NCBI GenBank assembly: GCA_030390025.1
Contig: CM059432.1
Span: 16,184,001 to 16,248,000, forward strand
Origin: Squalus acanthias
Taxonomy: Eukaryota
Length of the DNA stretch: 64,000 bases
Direction: 5' to 3'
In this document: positions 62,899-64,000 of the stretch, piece after piece
Numbering within the stretch: position 1 is the first letter of the stretch
How the letters are laid out: every line of letters starts with the position of its first letter
Position numbers and translations under genes: made by a program
Notes under the pieces: model-generated
Database searches by the model: none
Told to the model about the DNA's origin: nothing
What the model saw: only the letters and a program-made list of their open reading frames with translations

Positions 62899-63196
62899 TC
62901 ATAGAATCATAGAATGGTTACAGCACGGAAGAAGGCTGTTCGGCCCGTCGAGCCCGTACCGGCTCTCTGCAAGAGCACCTCAGCTAGTCCCACTCCCCCC
63001 CCCCCCCCCCCACACCGCCCTTTCCCCGCAGCCCTGCGAATGTTTTTCTTCCAGGTACCTATCCAACTCCCTTTTGAAAGGCGTGATTGAATCTGCCTCC
63101 ACCACCCTTTCAGGCAGTGCATTCCAGATCCTAACCACTCGCTGAGTAAAAAAAGTTTTTTCTTATGTCGCCTTTGGTTCTTTTGCCAATCATCTT
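62899..63196 (-). mobile_element. CR1 3' end (subfamily of 44943)
   Basis: CATAGAATCATAGAAT tail and homology to 44945-45225. Confidence 0.88.
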
Positions 63197-63777
63197 GCAT
63201 TTAAGAGTAAAACAGATGTGATTTTCTTTACATGTTTTTCTTTGTATATTTTTGAGTCAACACAACAAAATTATCACGACTTTACAGAAGGAGCTTCACG
63301 GAACATCGAGATGGAAGTAGGAGAGAAACTAGAGGAGAACAAAAGCAAGGCCATGAGGTGTGTTTTTGGAAATTACATCCAAGAACTGGAGTTGAAATGT
63401 CCTCGTACACCACCCCAAAGTTTAAGATGTCACCTCCTCACTGGGTGGTGAAGAGGCCAAAAATGTAATTGGCAAAAGGCTGTTGAGAACCAAACTATTT
63501 GGGAGGACGGTGGGGGGGTCAAAGGTTTGTGATGCCTTCACTGTTAAATTTTGATGTAATCTGTATTAACAGGGCCGAGGATAGTGCACCCATTAGTTTG
63601 GCAATCCCTCAACCTCTGCATTAATTTCACAATTGCTGTTAAATGTTAGAACACATTTGAACTTCAAAATCTTAGCCTCTTTGTAACACAGAGCTCTTAC
63701 TTCAGCAGGTGTTTACATTCCAAAGATGTCCTCATAGAGATAGTCCAACGTACCAGAATGCAGACTGTTGAAGAGCA

Positions 63778-64000
63778 ATCTCATTGAAACTTATAAAATT
63801 TTAACAGGACTAGACAGACTAGATGCAGGAAAGATGTTCCCGATGGCCGGGGAGTCCAGAACCAGGGGTCACAGTCTAAGGATAAGGGGTAGGCCATTCA
63901 GGACTGAGATGAGGAGGAATTTCTTCACCCAGAGAGTGGTGAACCTGTGGAATTCTCTACCACAGAAGGCAGTAGAGGCCAATTCATTAAATATATTCAA
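63778..64000 (+). mobile_element. CR1 3' fragment cut by window end
   Basis: LIETYKILTGLDRLDAG...FFTQRVVNLWNSLP. Confidence 0.88.

Overview
A 64 kb stretch of eukaryotic, almost certainly cartilaginous-fish (shark-type), genomic DNA made up mostly of transposable elements. I recognise no host protein-coding gene; every long ORF is retroelement-derived or a minisatellite artefact. Contents: at least five CR1 LINE subfamilies (one full-length with SGNH-esterase ORF1 and APE-RT ORF2), a decayed full-length Tx1-clade LINE, a Neptune-type Penelope element with a hammerhead-like motif, RTE-clade LINEs, a second CR1/L2-group LINE family ('family B') with a SINE sharing its 3' end, tRNA-derived Deu-type SINEs, LF-SINE-like relics, and non-autonomous DNA transposons with GG-initiated TIRs and 3-bp TSDs, two carrying expanded minisatellites. 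The most striking structure is 1532-18954. This 17.4 kb block is flanked by a 7-bp duplication (AGAACTG). Three different bodies (Tx1, a 1.8 kb non-coding element, a full-length CR1) are chained head-to-tail in it. Each starts with the same ~95-bp leader (L), and each of the first two is followed by the same ~140-bp TATA-containing module (P), giving L-Tx1-P-L-X-P-L-CR1. Family names come from my recognition of motifs, not from database searches.
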